From contig CAWVWT010000002.1 of assembly GCA_963934015.1 (NCBI GenBank), positions 11,657 to 75,656 on the forward strand: a DNA stretch of 64,000 bases, in the 5' to 3' direction. Below, piece by piece: positions 55,801-64,000 of the stretch; position 1 is the stretch's first letter, and every line of letters starts with the position of its first letter. The DNA comes from an uncultured Candidatus Poseidoniales archaeon (GTDB taxonomy: Archaea > Thermoplasmatota > Poseidoniia > Poseidoniales > Thalassarchaeaceae). Below the pieces are notes generated by a model, which was not told the DNA's origin, did not search any database, and worked only from the letters and a program-made list of their open reading frames with translations. Both the position numbers and the translations under genes were made by a program.

Positions 55801-56818
55801 CAGTCAGCATTCGGATATTGATGGAGATGGCTATGGGGATAGTTTATCTGGAAATTTGGGCGATAATTGCCAAGAAACTCCTCCCGATGAAATCACCTTT
55901 GTCGACAATCTAGGTTGTGCACCATCTGAGCGAGATACGGATTATGACGGTATTAGCGATGCCGACGATCACTGCCTAAATACACCTGAAACAGAAGTAT
56001 TGGATGTTGACGCTAATGGGTGTTCAGCAAGTGAGCGTGATACTGATGGTGACGGTGCCATTGATTCGGTCGATCAATATCCCGATGATCCAACTCAAAC
56101 CGTCGACACCGATGGCGACGGATTTGGTAACAATCCCGATGGAACTGATGGTGATGATTGCCCCAATGAAGAGGGGACATCAACTGGTAATCTAGGCGGG
56201 TGTATGGATTCGGATGGAGATGGTTGGGCCGACGTCGAAGACATTGTACCGAATATTAACACACAATGGAATGATACTGATGGCGATGGGTATTACGACA
56301 ACTATGCAAACAGTCTTTGGACCGATGATGAAATGCGTAGTGACCAATCGTGGCCAGGTCAATTGGTGCCCGGTGCTCGGACTCCTGATCGTTGCCCACT
56401 TCATGCATACTCCCTGCAGAATTTAGAGAATCCAGGTTGTCCTGCAGACATGTATCCAGCTGGTGAAGATTGGAGTGATAACTCATCAAACACTCCTTAC
56501 GTCACACCCGATTCAAGTGGAGGTTTGAGTACGACAGTATGGATTTTGATTGCAGCCTTGGTGATTTTAGTAATTGCAATTGGAGGTGGGATGAGTTTGG
56601 TGCTGAAGAAACCCAAAACGAAATCTAAAAAGCGCTCTATGGACCATTCAAATGCCGAACCCAGCATTAAATCTGAAATCGAACCTGAAGTAGAACTCTC
56701 TCCTGAGGATGATCCAAATTACAAGGTGGACGAAAACGGATGTGAATGGTGGTACGATGAAGGCGCTTGGTGGTACCGCACAGCAGAGATGGAAGAGTGG
56801 ACTGAATACGACGGCTAG
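52877..56818 (+). CDS. Surface protein: WD40 propeller + PstS-like binding domain + TSP3-like repeats + TM
   Basis: Signal peptide; FSPDG/WSPDG..GSSDNTIRIY blades; FLAWMLSEEGQ..IGFV; DxDGDG repeats; start approximate. Confidence 0.85.
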   Translation: MRIVNSKRHISIFLAFLMVSYIFTWTPSVTATDGDNDGFDDSVDDCPFAAGNSTTTKLGCPDTDGDGTPDIIQGTVSDFNGANYAKTVSTSSSRSSMSRTLAVAPNGMLVAGADGGDAVILLDAAGNEIKTLLTIQSNPRDLDFTPNGTLLVVSAYEANNNASVHVFTIDWATQSATLLIDLSANHDDDTYAARFSPDGSLLHVGGKDQNVTTYFVSNWTIAHIAQVGDDVYTIKTSPDGRFMAFTHGEEMSVHWSSNGTQVYNRHNNSGYTLGLDWSPDGNWIVTGSSDNTIRIYHAGNGTLMKNISYSSDVNEIAFNHAGTHLVIATSDNDPTWIIRVSDWTVEAEFGDFGGGSGQGSSGRRGARDVVWSLDETKIYFGARYYGRIYTYYSTDAYAWLGGDVTGELLGSRFFEYADSHSDYIPMHFNSSTIQTTNSLCNGVNPKGDAPLIGASSSTAAERFTTTLANYSVSGMRDCDSTNARLIEVPIARMPASLMVDPNTATHECLNMTGGLSMGQVRWILSDASQSTLSSSGIHPAVVWNSIVPNDDGDGEPEWRDLHSSCPNEPIHIYHRWENRSIPQMISALMFCDHCSFPEDWFTGENTPSGRARYVLETREEIITGASNNDDVIGITELRAAVQYNTTYHIPMFDNWTHGAADALSNGNTAILPSVENSTTGVWPFQDDYRLVIREDELDILRPFLAWMLSEEGQDNFDEIGFVRMDPLSRVHAGDRIGVNLRHLLPDDDGDGIWNGDDNCSNTTPGLSVDASGCAQNQLDDDGDGLVNTEDDCPNSAGTSTQPTFGCLDTDGDSWADTADAFPTESTQWNDTDGDGFGDEPTGYQADVCVLEYGLSDQDRFGCADTDGDGWSDLNDMFPGNPSQWVDADGDGIGDNYTWGNVINEIRVSEYGDAFPSDITQHKDRDGDGFGDNPDGFLADDCPDEAGTSNMNGRIGCLDSDGDGWADVDDAFPNEPSQHSDIDGDGYGDSLSGNLGDNCQETPPDEITFVDNLGCAPSERDTDYDGISDADDHCLNTPETEVLDVDANGCSASERDTDGDGAIDSVDQYPDDPTQTVDTDGDGFGNNPDGTDGDDCPNEEGTSTGNLGGCMDSDGDGWADVEDIVPNINTQWNDTDGDGYYDNYANSLWTDDEMRSDQSWPGQLVPGARTPDRCPLHAYSLQNLENPGCPADMYPAGEDWSDNSSNTPYVTPDSSGGLSTTVWILIAALVILVIAIGGGMSLVLKKPKTKSKKRSMDHSNAEPSIKSEIEPEVELSPEDDPNYKVDENGCEWWYDEGAWWYRTAEMEEWTEYDG

Positions 56819-56865
56819 CACCACCCCCCGAAGGGGTAATCAATCGAGGCTGGTTCCAGACTAGC

Positions 56866-57714
56866 ATGAGCATCGAGAAAATTGCCGTTCTCGGCGCTGG
56901 ACAGATGGGAAACGGTATCACACAGGTTGCTGCTTGTGCAGGGTATAGTGTGACGATGATTGATATTCAGCAGGATTATGTTGACAATGGCTTGGCCAAT
57001 ATTTCAAAATCGTTATCGAAATTAGTTTCGAAAGAGCGTATGACGCAAGATGCAGCAGATGCTGCACTTTCACGCATTTCTATTTCAGTCGATAGGAATT
57101 CGGCTTCTGATGCCGATCTCGTGGTCGAGGCCATACCTGAAATTCCTGATTTAAAGTTCTCAACATTTGCTGAGTTAGATACAATTTGTAAACCAGATGC
57201 GATTTTAGCGAGCAATACGAGCAGTATCAGCATCAATGACATCGCGGCATCAACCTCGCGGCCAAACAAGGTCATAGGGATGCATTTCATGAACCCTGTA
57301 CCAATCATGAAATTAGTAGAAATAATCAATGGTTCCGAAACCGAAGAAGCCGTTACCGAGGCGGTCATAGAGGCGAGTGAAAAGATGGGGAAAACAGCGC
57401 TATGCTGCAATGATTCACCCGGTTTTGTATCGAATCGAATTCTCTGCCCCATGATCAATGAAGCAATCCTAACTCTGCAGGATGGAGTCGCTGAACCAGA
57501 TGCAATTGATGGAATAATGAAGTTGGGGATGAACCATCCAATTGGGCCGTTGGCTTTGGCGGATTTAATTGGAAATGACACAGTTCTCCATATCATGAAC
57601 GTACTACATCAGGGCTTAGGCAATGACAAGTATGCACCGGCACCTTTGCTTATTGAGATGGTGGAACAGGGGAAATTGGGCCGAAAATCTGGTGAAGGTT
57701 TTTATTCGTATTAA
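56866..57714 (+). CDS. hbd: 3-hydroxybutyryl-CoA (3-hydroxyacyl-CoA) dehydrogenase
   Basis: GAGQMGNGI, SNTSS, HFMNPVP, PGFVSNR, GRKSGEGFY. Confidence 0.92.
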   Translation: MSIEKIAVLGAGQMGNGITQVAACAGYSVTMIDIQQDYVDNGLANISKSLSKLVSKERMTQDAADAALSRISISVDRNSASDADLVVEAIPEIPDLKFSTFAELDTICKPDAILASNTSSISINDIAASTSRPNKVIGMHFMNPVPIMKLVEIINGSETEEAVTEAVIEASEKMGKTALCCNDSPGFVSNRILCPMINEAILTLQDGVAEPDAIDGIMKLGMNHPIGPLALADLIGNDTVLHIMNVLHQGLGNDKYAPAPLLIEMVEQGKLGRKSGEGFYSY

Positions 57715-57814
57715 TCGACCCTCGCCTAATAGAGCACCCATCCATAGCGGTAGATTCTGACCAAAGGTAACCGAACCCTGATAAGTCGAGACCGGTGGAA
57801 GCGGATTGATACCC

Positions 57815-58201
57815 ATGCCTGGTACTACACGAGTAGAAGTTCGAACACTGAAAGTGGGCCGCTATGTCGCACTTGAAGAAAATGCGTACAAAATTCTCGG
57901 TATGACCAAACGCAAGCCAGGTAAGCACGGTGCTGCTAAAGCTCGACTTGAACTTGAAGATATTTTCACCAAACAAAAGAAGAGCCATGTGGCACCCGTT
58001 ACAGACACCATCAACGTACCATTGATCGAAAAAGGCTCAGCTATCATTACCCACATTGAGGGCGCCGAAGTTCATGCCATGGACAACAAAACATACGAGA
58101 CCCTTATCCTTCCTCTGGAACCAGGGCTGACGCTTGCAGGTGGCTCTGAAATCCTTTGGATGGAAGCCATGGGACGCTACAAGATTATTCGGGACCACTG
58201 A
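57815..58201 (+). CDS. eif5a: Translation factor aIF5A
   Basis: KPGKHGAAK hypusine motif; MDNKTYET. Confidence 0.95.
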   Translation: MPGTTRVEVRTLKVGRYVALEENAYKILGMTKRKPGKHGAAKARLELEDIFTKQKKSHVAPVTDTINVPLIEKGSAIITHIEGAEVHAMDNKTYETLILPLEPGLTLAGGSEILWMEAMGRYKIIRDH

Positions 58202-58223
58202 TTCGTCCAGCCTGGGGATTAAT

Positions 58224-58718
58224 CTGGTTACGACATCTGAATCTATCTCGGTTTCGATTGCTGAGTTCAAAGACTTCTCCGAAATTGAGCCCACTTGGTG
58301 GCGCTTGCTTAGCCATCAACAAGAATTGGACTATCGAGGTTCTGTGGACGAATTACGAAGCGAAATCAATTGTGAGCGTGTCCACCGATTCCTCGAGTCT
58401 CGTATCCGTCAAGGGAGAATGCTTGTTGCAAGGTATAATGGGGATTTGGTGGGAATCTGTACATTTTCACCCGATGGATTCATCCTTGACGCAGCGACCC
58501 AGATATGGGATGTTGCTGATGTTTGGGTCGAGCCACATGCACGTCGTCGCGGGATTGCCACTGCCCTTGTTCGTCAATGTGAGCACGAATGCAGAATGCG
58601 TGGTGCAGATGAAGTTAGATTGACTGTATATGCATTGAACGATGGCGCATTGGGGTTGTACCAAAGTCTAGGCTACGATGTATCTTCATATACACTTTCA
58701 CGCAACCTCAACCCATAG
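58224..58718 (+). CDS. GNAT family N-acetyltransferase (start uncertain)
   Basis: VWVEPHARRRGIATAL, NDGALGLYQSLGY. Confidence 0.85.
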   Translation: MVTTSESISVSIAEFKDFSEIEPTWWRLLSHQQELDYRGSVDELRSEINCERVHRFLESRIRQGRMLVARYNGDLVGICTFSPDGFILDAATQIWDVADVWVEPHARRRGIATALVRQCEHECRMRGADEVRLTVYALNDGALGLYQSLGYDVSSYTLSRNLNP

Positions 58719-58798
58719 GGTTGGCTACTTGGGTTTCCCCACAAACCTAAGACCCCTGCGCGATACCCACAGACCGCTCCATAGGAGCGGGTGTCGAA

Positions 58799-61108
58799 AT
58801 GTCGGGTGTTCGAAAGTCCGCATATCGACAACCTGTGACTGCCAAAGGGTTGGCGGCAATCGAATCCGGAACACTTACTTGGCTCGATGAAGATATGTAC
58901 AACAATCTGAATACCGGATTACTTGAGCAATACTTCGAAGAAAAAAATCTGAAGGAATCATTTGAGATTAGCCATTGGTCACTTGAAAAAATCCTCATTG
59001 GGATCCTCATTGGCTCAATCTTCAGTGGCGTCACAGCTTACATTGGATTGAAAATAGGGCTTGCTGTATCTGCGGCATGGTACGTCGCATATCTGCTTGG
59101 AATGGCATTGAAATGGTCACCTTCCGAAGTCAATATCTCGACAAGTGCGACGACTGGCGCGACTCACGCCTCTACAGGATTTATTTTCACATTCCCTGCT
59201 ATTTTCTTATTGTCATCGGAAATGAAAACTGAGTATCATGTGAATGGTGAACCACTTCTCTCAGGAATCGATGTATTTCAGCTGGCCTTCATCGGCATCG
59301 TTGCCAGTATGTTCGCTGGATTTCTGGGGGTAATGTATTTCATCATCTTCCGCCGGGTATGGTTGGTTGAAGACCCCCTTCCTATGCCTGGATTTGAGGC
59401 AACTTTGAAGATGCTAGATATTGCTGCAGATGTCAATACAGGAGCAGCAGAAGCAGCCAAAGAGAGTCTCCAGACAGTGGGTTTGTGGACGATTCTCACG
59501 ATGGGATTCATGTTCATCATCGATTACCCTCTATTCTGGAAGGAGCATCTGACAATTGCCGATAAGATTGCAGTGACTGCGTCTGGTGAATCTTGGGGGC
59601 TGGCATCCGTCTACTCAGAACGCTGGATTCACCAGCCCAGCGAATTGCAAGACGGCCATGCAGTTGCCAATGGGATTACTTTCTTTGATAAGGAAAATCC
59701 ATTTGCCTATACCTTCCTTGGGATTGAACTCAGTCCAACCCTTTTTGCAGTCGGCTGGTTCATGAGAATGCGTGTAGCCTTCCTTGTGAATCTTGGTTCG
59801 TTCGTGGCTTGGTTCTTCCTCATTCCATTGGTCGTGGCACTCAATGTCCCCGTATTCACCGGTATTGATTCCGCATCTGGCGCCCCTGTGTACACCCAGT
59901 TGCAAGAAATTGGTGGCCCAGTTCAATGGATTGCCTACAAGAGCATCATCCGCTTCATTGCCATTGGTGCGATTCTCGGTGGTGGTTTGATGGGTTTGCT
60001 GAAGATGGCCCCCTCATTCGTCTCAATTTTCGGTGACATTGCCAAAGCATTCGGAGGTGAACAAGGACAGGAGTACATCGAGGGAAAGGGTTGGTACGAA
60101 TGGCCATTACACCACATCCCTCTATTCATGATTTTGTCATTCTTCGCTATGATTCTGATTTTCTGGATGGGTGGATTTCCAGTTGCCGCGGCTGTGGTTT
60201 TCGCCTTGGTTCTGATTCTAACTACATTTTTGCTTGGTGCTATCGCAGTCCGAGTCATGGGTGAGACTGGAATCGAACCGGTTTCCGGAACTTCATTCAT
60301 CGTTCTGTTGATGTTACTTGGATTATTCCTTGGTTATGGTGACTTCTTTGGACTTGGAAAAGAAGAAGCGATTCTCATCGCATTGGTTGGGACTACTGTC
60401 TTCGGTAGTGCTATTTCCATGTCTGGTACTGTCGTTGCAGATTACAAGAACAGCCTATACATTGGGAATCGACCTTACCACATTTCTAAAGGCAATATCA
60501 TGGGTGTTGTTCCGGGCGCAATTCTGGGCGCTGGAATGGCTATTTTCCTATCGGATTTACTCGCAAATGGGCAGATTGATCTCTTGGCTCCACAAGCGAA
60601 TGCCTTTGCTGGTTTCACTGTGATGCTGGCTGAGGGCCAAGGAAACATCTCCGCACTTTTCCTTGGATTCCTATTGGGGGCATTCATCGAATGGGCCACA
60701 GGTATGGGCACCTCATTTGGTTTGGGCATGTATCTCCCAACTCCCTTTACCTTCCCGATGATGATTGGTGGCGCCGGTCGAGATTGGTGGCAAGCCAACC
60801 GCTTGGACCCAGTTATTGACGAGATTCGCGAACAAGAGGGTAGTTCTAATGCCGAAAAGAAGCGTGCGCTCATTCTGCTGACAACATTCATGATTGCTGC
60901 TGGCGCCCTCACTGGCGAGGCATTCTTTGGTGTCGAAGGTGCGATTCTAGCCGTTATCGATGAGCTGCCAGCCATTGTCAATCTCTTCGGGGATGCTTAT
61001 TGGATTGCCAGATTGATTGGCTTCACCCTCATCAACATCATCATCTTCGGTGGCATCTATTGGCTGTTCAAGCGCGCAGGTATCTTTGGCCGTACAGCCG
61101 AATCTTGA
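58799..61108 (+). CDS. OPT/YSL family oligopeptide transporter
   Basis: AYIGLKIG, GFIFTFPA, PVSG, APQA, GLGMYLP. Confidence 0.9.
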   Translation: MSGVRKSAYRQPVTAKGLAAIESGTLTWLDEDMYNNLNTGLLEQYFEEKNLKESFEISHWSLEKILIGILIGSIFSGVTAYIGLKIGLAVSAAWYVAYLLGMALKWSPSEVNISTSATTGATHASTGFIFTFPAIFLLSSEMKTEYHVNGEPLLSGIDVFQLAFIGIVASMFAGFLGVMYFIIFRRVWLVEDPLPMPGFEATLKMLDIAADVNTGAAEAAKESLQTVGLWTILTMGFMFIIDYPLFWKEHLTIADKIAVTASGESWGLASVYSERWIHQPSELQDGHAVANGITFFDKENPFAYTFLGIELSPTLFAVGWFMRMRVAFLVNLGSFVAWFFLIPLVVALNVPVFTGIDSASGAPVYTQLQEIGGPVQWIAYKSIIRFIAIGAILGGGLMGLLKMAPSFVSIFGDIAKAFGGEQGQEYIEGKGWYEWPLHHIPLFMILSFFAMILIFWMGGFPVAAAVVFALVLILTTFLLGAIAVRVMGETGIEPVSGTSFIVLLMLLGLFLGYGDFFGLGKEEAILIALVGTTVFGSAISMSGTVVADYKNSLYIGNRPYHISKGNIMGVVPGAILGAGMAIFLSDLLANGQIDLLAPQANAFAGFTVMLAEGQGNISALFLGFLLGAFIEWATGMGTSFGLGMYLPTPFTFPMMIGGAGRDWWQANRLDPVIDEIREQEGSSNAEKKRALILLTTFMIAAGALTGEAFFGVEGAILAVIDELPAIVNLFGDAYWIARLIGFTLINIIIFGGIYWLFKRAGIFGRTAES

Positions 61109-61117
61109 GGTGTCGAT

Positions 61118-62074
61118 TTGGAACATTCCCGGGCACCCCCGGTACATGCATGGGTAGTTCTTGGAATCGCTGTATTGGCGGTATCCAGTGCGGGTGCAGT
61201 ATTCATGTTAATGTCGGATGTGACACCATTGCTCCGTGCAGCATGGCGCTTACAAGCCACAGCAATTGTACTCCTACCATTCTTCATTTGGCAACTTCGA
61301 AATGAATCGTTTAATTGGGATCGAAATACCTTCTGGATTATCTTGGGGTCAGGAATTTGTCTTTGGATACACTTCGGTAGTTGGGTGTGGTCGTTGGATC
61401 ATACATCATTGGCTCACAGCCTACTTTTTGTTACCGCCCACCCCCTTATCATCGTCACCGGGATGGTAGCGCTACGGATGCAACTACATCGGTGGGAAAC
61501 TTCGGGCGCGTTAATCGGAGTGTTTGGGGGTATCCTCGCAGTCCAAGACGCGGGGTCTGGATCAGTGACCTTGCTAGGCGATGCAGCAGCATTTTTGGGT
61601 GCCATCGCCATCGTTGGATACCTTGCTGCAGGCCGTTACCTCCGGAGTCGGAGACAAATGCCCCTCTTCCTCTATGCCTTTCCTGTAACTGCTATTTGCG
61701 CCATATTGCTGACCATCCACGCCGTATTTGCAGAAAATGCTGCACTAAATTCGGCCATAGTCGATACCTCGGTATTCGGTTGGACTGATATGTCTTGGAT
61801 TCTACTTGTTGGATATCTGGCTCTAGGCCCCGGACTCGCCGGTCACACCGGCATTAATGCAAGTCTCAAATGGCTTCCACCATTGGTCATCTCTGTCTGT
61901 GTTGTTTTGGAACCTTTACTGGGTGGGCTACTCGGATGGATCCTAGGTGTTCAGGGGATTCCCAATCTTTGGACATGGGTGGGTGGTCCATTCATGCTTG
62001 TCGGTATGGTATTGACCATTGTGGGGACCAACCATAGATTAACTGAAGAACCAGTAAATGCCGCCGATAATTGA
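61118..62074 (+). CDS. DMT/EamA family transporter
   Basis: About 10 TMs, HFGSWVWSL, GHTGIN, LEPL. Confidence 0.88.
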   Translation: MEHSRAPPVHAWVVLGIAVLAVSSAGAVFMLMSDVTPLLRAAWRLQATAIVLLPFFIWQLRNESFNWDRNTFWIILGSGICLWIHFGSWVWSLDHTSLAHSLLFVTAHPLIIVTGMVALRMQLHRWETSGALIGVFGGILAVQDAGSGSVTLLGDAAAFLGAIAIVGYLAAGRYLRSRRQMPLFLYAFPVTAICAILLTIHAVFAENAALNSAIVDTSVFGWTDMSWILLVGYLALGPGLAGHTGINASLKWLPPLVISVCVVLEPLLGGLLGWILGVQGIPNLWTWVGGPFMLVGMVLTIVGTNHRLTEEPVNAADN

Positions 62075-62083
62075 GGGGATTTG

Positions 62084-63019
62084 ATGGCTTGGAGAGAACC
62101 ATTGTTTTTGACCAATGATGATGGTATTGGCGCTGCAGGGTTACATCGCTTAATCCAGATATTACATGAGAGGGGGCACCCTTTGGCGGTACTCGCTCCA
62201 GCACACCAGCAATCGGCCTCAGCTATGCGTTTATCTCTGAAAAGTAATCTTGAATTCACAGATCGAAATGACATGGTAAAAACCTTGAATCTAGATATAG
62301 ATGGACCACCGATCCAAATTTTCAGTTTAGACGGTACTCCATGTGATTGCACAATTGTTGCCATCGATCAGGGTTTCGAATCTTGGGCTCCTATGATTCG
62401 TCCACGCATGTGCATTTCGGGCATTAATTTCGGACCGAATATATCCATAGATGTCATTCATTCAGGTACGGTTTCTGCGGCCAGAGAAGCAGCCCTATAC
62501 GGGTTACCTGGAATCGCTCTCAGTCTGGGGACATACTTGCACGAGGATTTTTCGGTAGGAACTGAGGCGATTCTCGAACTCATCGATCGTGCTTTATTGG
62601 TTGCACATGAAGAACCGACAAATCTCATGCGTACCCGTGGAAGCAAGCATCAGCCTTGGGGTAATGCGGAAATGCCAATGGATGAACGTATCAGAGAGGC
62701 ATTCAGAAGTGGGGATATTATTCTCAATTTGAATACACCACATGAATGGAGTGGTGCTGTAGAAACTGTCCCATTGGGGGCGCGCTGGTATCATGGTGCA
62801 ACGAAATCGAGTGAGGGGAATCGAGGTTTCATCGTCGGTGCAGCATCAATTGAGGATGAACCACTTCCAAAAACAGATTGTTCAGGTTTGATGGCAGGCA
62901 ATGTCGTTATCTCACCGCTGGCAACATGGCCGCAAACACATCCATTGAATGTGCCGGATGCAATTTTGCATGCCGCTCTAACTGAGGATGAAGATGGGTT
63001 TCCCGCTTGGCTTGGTTAG
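62084..63019 (+). CDS. surE: 5'/3'-nucleotidase SurE
   Basis: LTNDDG, GTPCDC, SGINFGPN, HSGTVSAAREA. Confidence 0.93.
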   Translation: MAWREPLFLTNDDGIGAAGLHRLIQILHERGHPLAVLAPAHQQSASAMRLSLKSNLEFTDRNDMVKTLNLDIDGPPIQIFSLDGTPCDCTIVAIDQGFESWAPMIRPRMCISGINFGPNISIDVIHSGTVSAAREAALYGLPGIALSLGTYLHEDFSVGTEAILELIDRALLVAHEEPTNLMRTRGSKHQPWGNAEMPMDERIREAFRSGDIILNLNTPHEWSGAVETVPLGARWYHGATKSSEGNRGFIVGAASIEDEPLPKTDCSGLMAGNVVISPLATWPQTHPLNVPDAILHAALTEDEDGFPAWLG

Positions 63020-63609
63020 TTCGAATCCAAGTAGTGGTGTAGTATCGAAATGCACGCATGTCCTTGTAGCCAAGTAGTGCCGAGTGAAATCTTTTCAATC
63101 GATTGCATCGATTGCAGTTCTGATTCACTAAATGGTTTATCATCAGATAAAATGAATCCAATTGACTCAGCATTGTGGATTTCTGGATCGAATGGAACCC
63201 CGTCAGCATCTAGAGTGAAAATCCGCACACCTTCTCGTTTCCATTCTGTGATGGTTTGCTCAAGCCCCCCACCTGAATGCCATAATCCTGAATGTAATTC
63301 CACGAATTTCCCCATTGCCGGAACTGGTTCCTGTAGCGCTTTATTCACCTGTCCAGCAATGGCGCGTTCATCTGGATGCACACCACGTAATTGTGGCCCT
63401 TCAAACCACACACGGCGGGACGGACCAAGCCCCCCTAGCAAATGAAGGGTGATGTGTGTATTATCTCGAATTCCATGCGACTGGAATAGAGCTGTATTGA
63501 CTGCCCGGACCAGTACATCCATCCTTCCAGCAGAGCCCGCCAGATCATTCAGATTGATTTTACCTGAAGATTGGGCACGGTGACCGATGATTGCAAATCT
63601 GCGAACCAT
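63016..63609 (-). CDS. trmY: tRNA (pseudouridine54-N1)-methyltransferase TrmY
   Basis: LNDLAGSAGRMD, SHGIR, PDER, FILSD, ISLG..WL. Confidence 0.9.
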   Translation of the reverse strand: MVRRFAIIGHRAQSSGKINLNDLAGSAGRMDVLVRAVNTALFQSHGIRDNTHITLHLLGGLGPSRRVWFEGPQLRGVHPDERAIAGQVNKALQEPVPAMGKFVELHSGLWHSGGGLEQTITEWKREGVRIFTLDADGVPFDPEIHNAESIGFILSDDKPFSESELQSMQSIEKISLGTTWLQGHACISILHHYLDSN

Positions 63610-63613
63610 AATC

Positions 63614-64000
63614 TCACATCGGCATGTCCATGTCATCCATGTCGCCCATCATACCTTTCATTTGGCGCCTTAGCTTGCGGTTGCCTTTGATTCCTTTCAT
63701 CATCTTACGTGAACGATTCCATTGGGCGAGAAGTTCGCGTACATTCTTTTCTTTGACACCTGAACCACGCGCAACCCGGCGGATCCGATCTGCTTTCAAA
63801 ATCTGAGGCTCATTTTTTTCATCTTCAGTCATTGAATCCATAATGACGCGATAACGTTCTAGGTTGCCTTGCATTTCTTCCTTTTGCCGACGATCCATGG
63901 TCCCGAGGCCCCCAAAAAATGAGGTTGGGAGGTGCGAAACAATCTTGTCGATGGTGCCGATTTTCGACATCATTTCCATTTGCTTGTACATATCGTTGAG
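63614..64000 (-). CDS. srp54: Signal recognition particle protein SRP54, M domain (5' part outside window)
   Basis: IMDSMT..E, RIRRVARGSG, Met-rich C-terminus. Confidence 0.93.
   Translation of the reverse strand, partial: LNDMYKQMEMMSKIGTIDKIVSHLPTSFFGGLGTMDRRQKEEMQGNLERYRVIMDSMTEDEKNEPQILKADRIRRVARGSGVKEKNVRELLAQWNRSRKMMKGIKGNRKLRRQMKGMMGDMDDMDMPM

Noticed and set aside
45759-56818. tRNA-anchored genomic island carrying the giant genes
   Set aside because: No integrase and no duplicated tRNA 3' end seen; the genes lie on the tRNA 5' side

Overview
Gene-dense archaeal chromosomal segment, most consistent with Marine Group II (Poseidoniales, Thermoplasmatota). This assignment is inferred from archaeal markers (Rpo11, aEF-1beta, aIF5A, Cbf5, TrmY, SRP54, GPN GTPase, DGGGP synthase, Rqc2) plus a DUF3860-like protein and large membrane-anchored surface proteins. 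It has about 52 CDS, 3 tRNAs (His-GUG, Glu-CUC, Gln-UUG), no CRISPR and no mobile element. Main leads: (1) modular single-pass surface proteins with swappable heads on Asp/Cys-rich TSP3-like stalks, two of which share a post-TM motif P-x-P-x-x-G-L-P-x-G-W-T-M-[ED]-Q-W-x-x-Y-G; (2) a 941-aa cytoplasmic protein with Pro-rich LDLL repeats and a segment resembling the mu-homology domain of vesicle adaptors; (3) a WD40 + PstS-like fusion; (4) a CPHC-thioredoxin/VKOR/thioredoxin cluster; (5) an HCxxH zincin-like protein; (6) small ORFs missed by the ORF track. All calls come from motif recognition by eye. No database searches were run, and start codons are best estimates.
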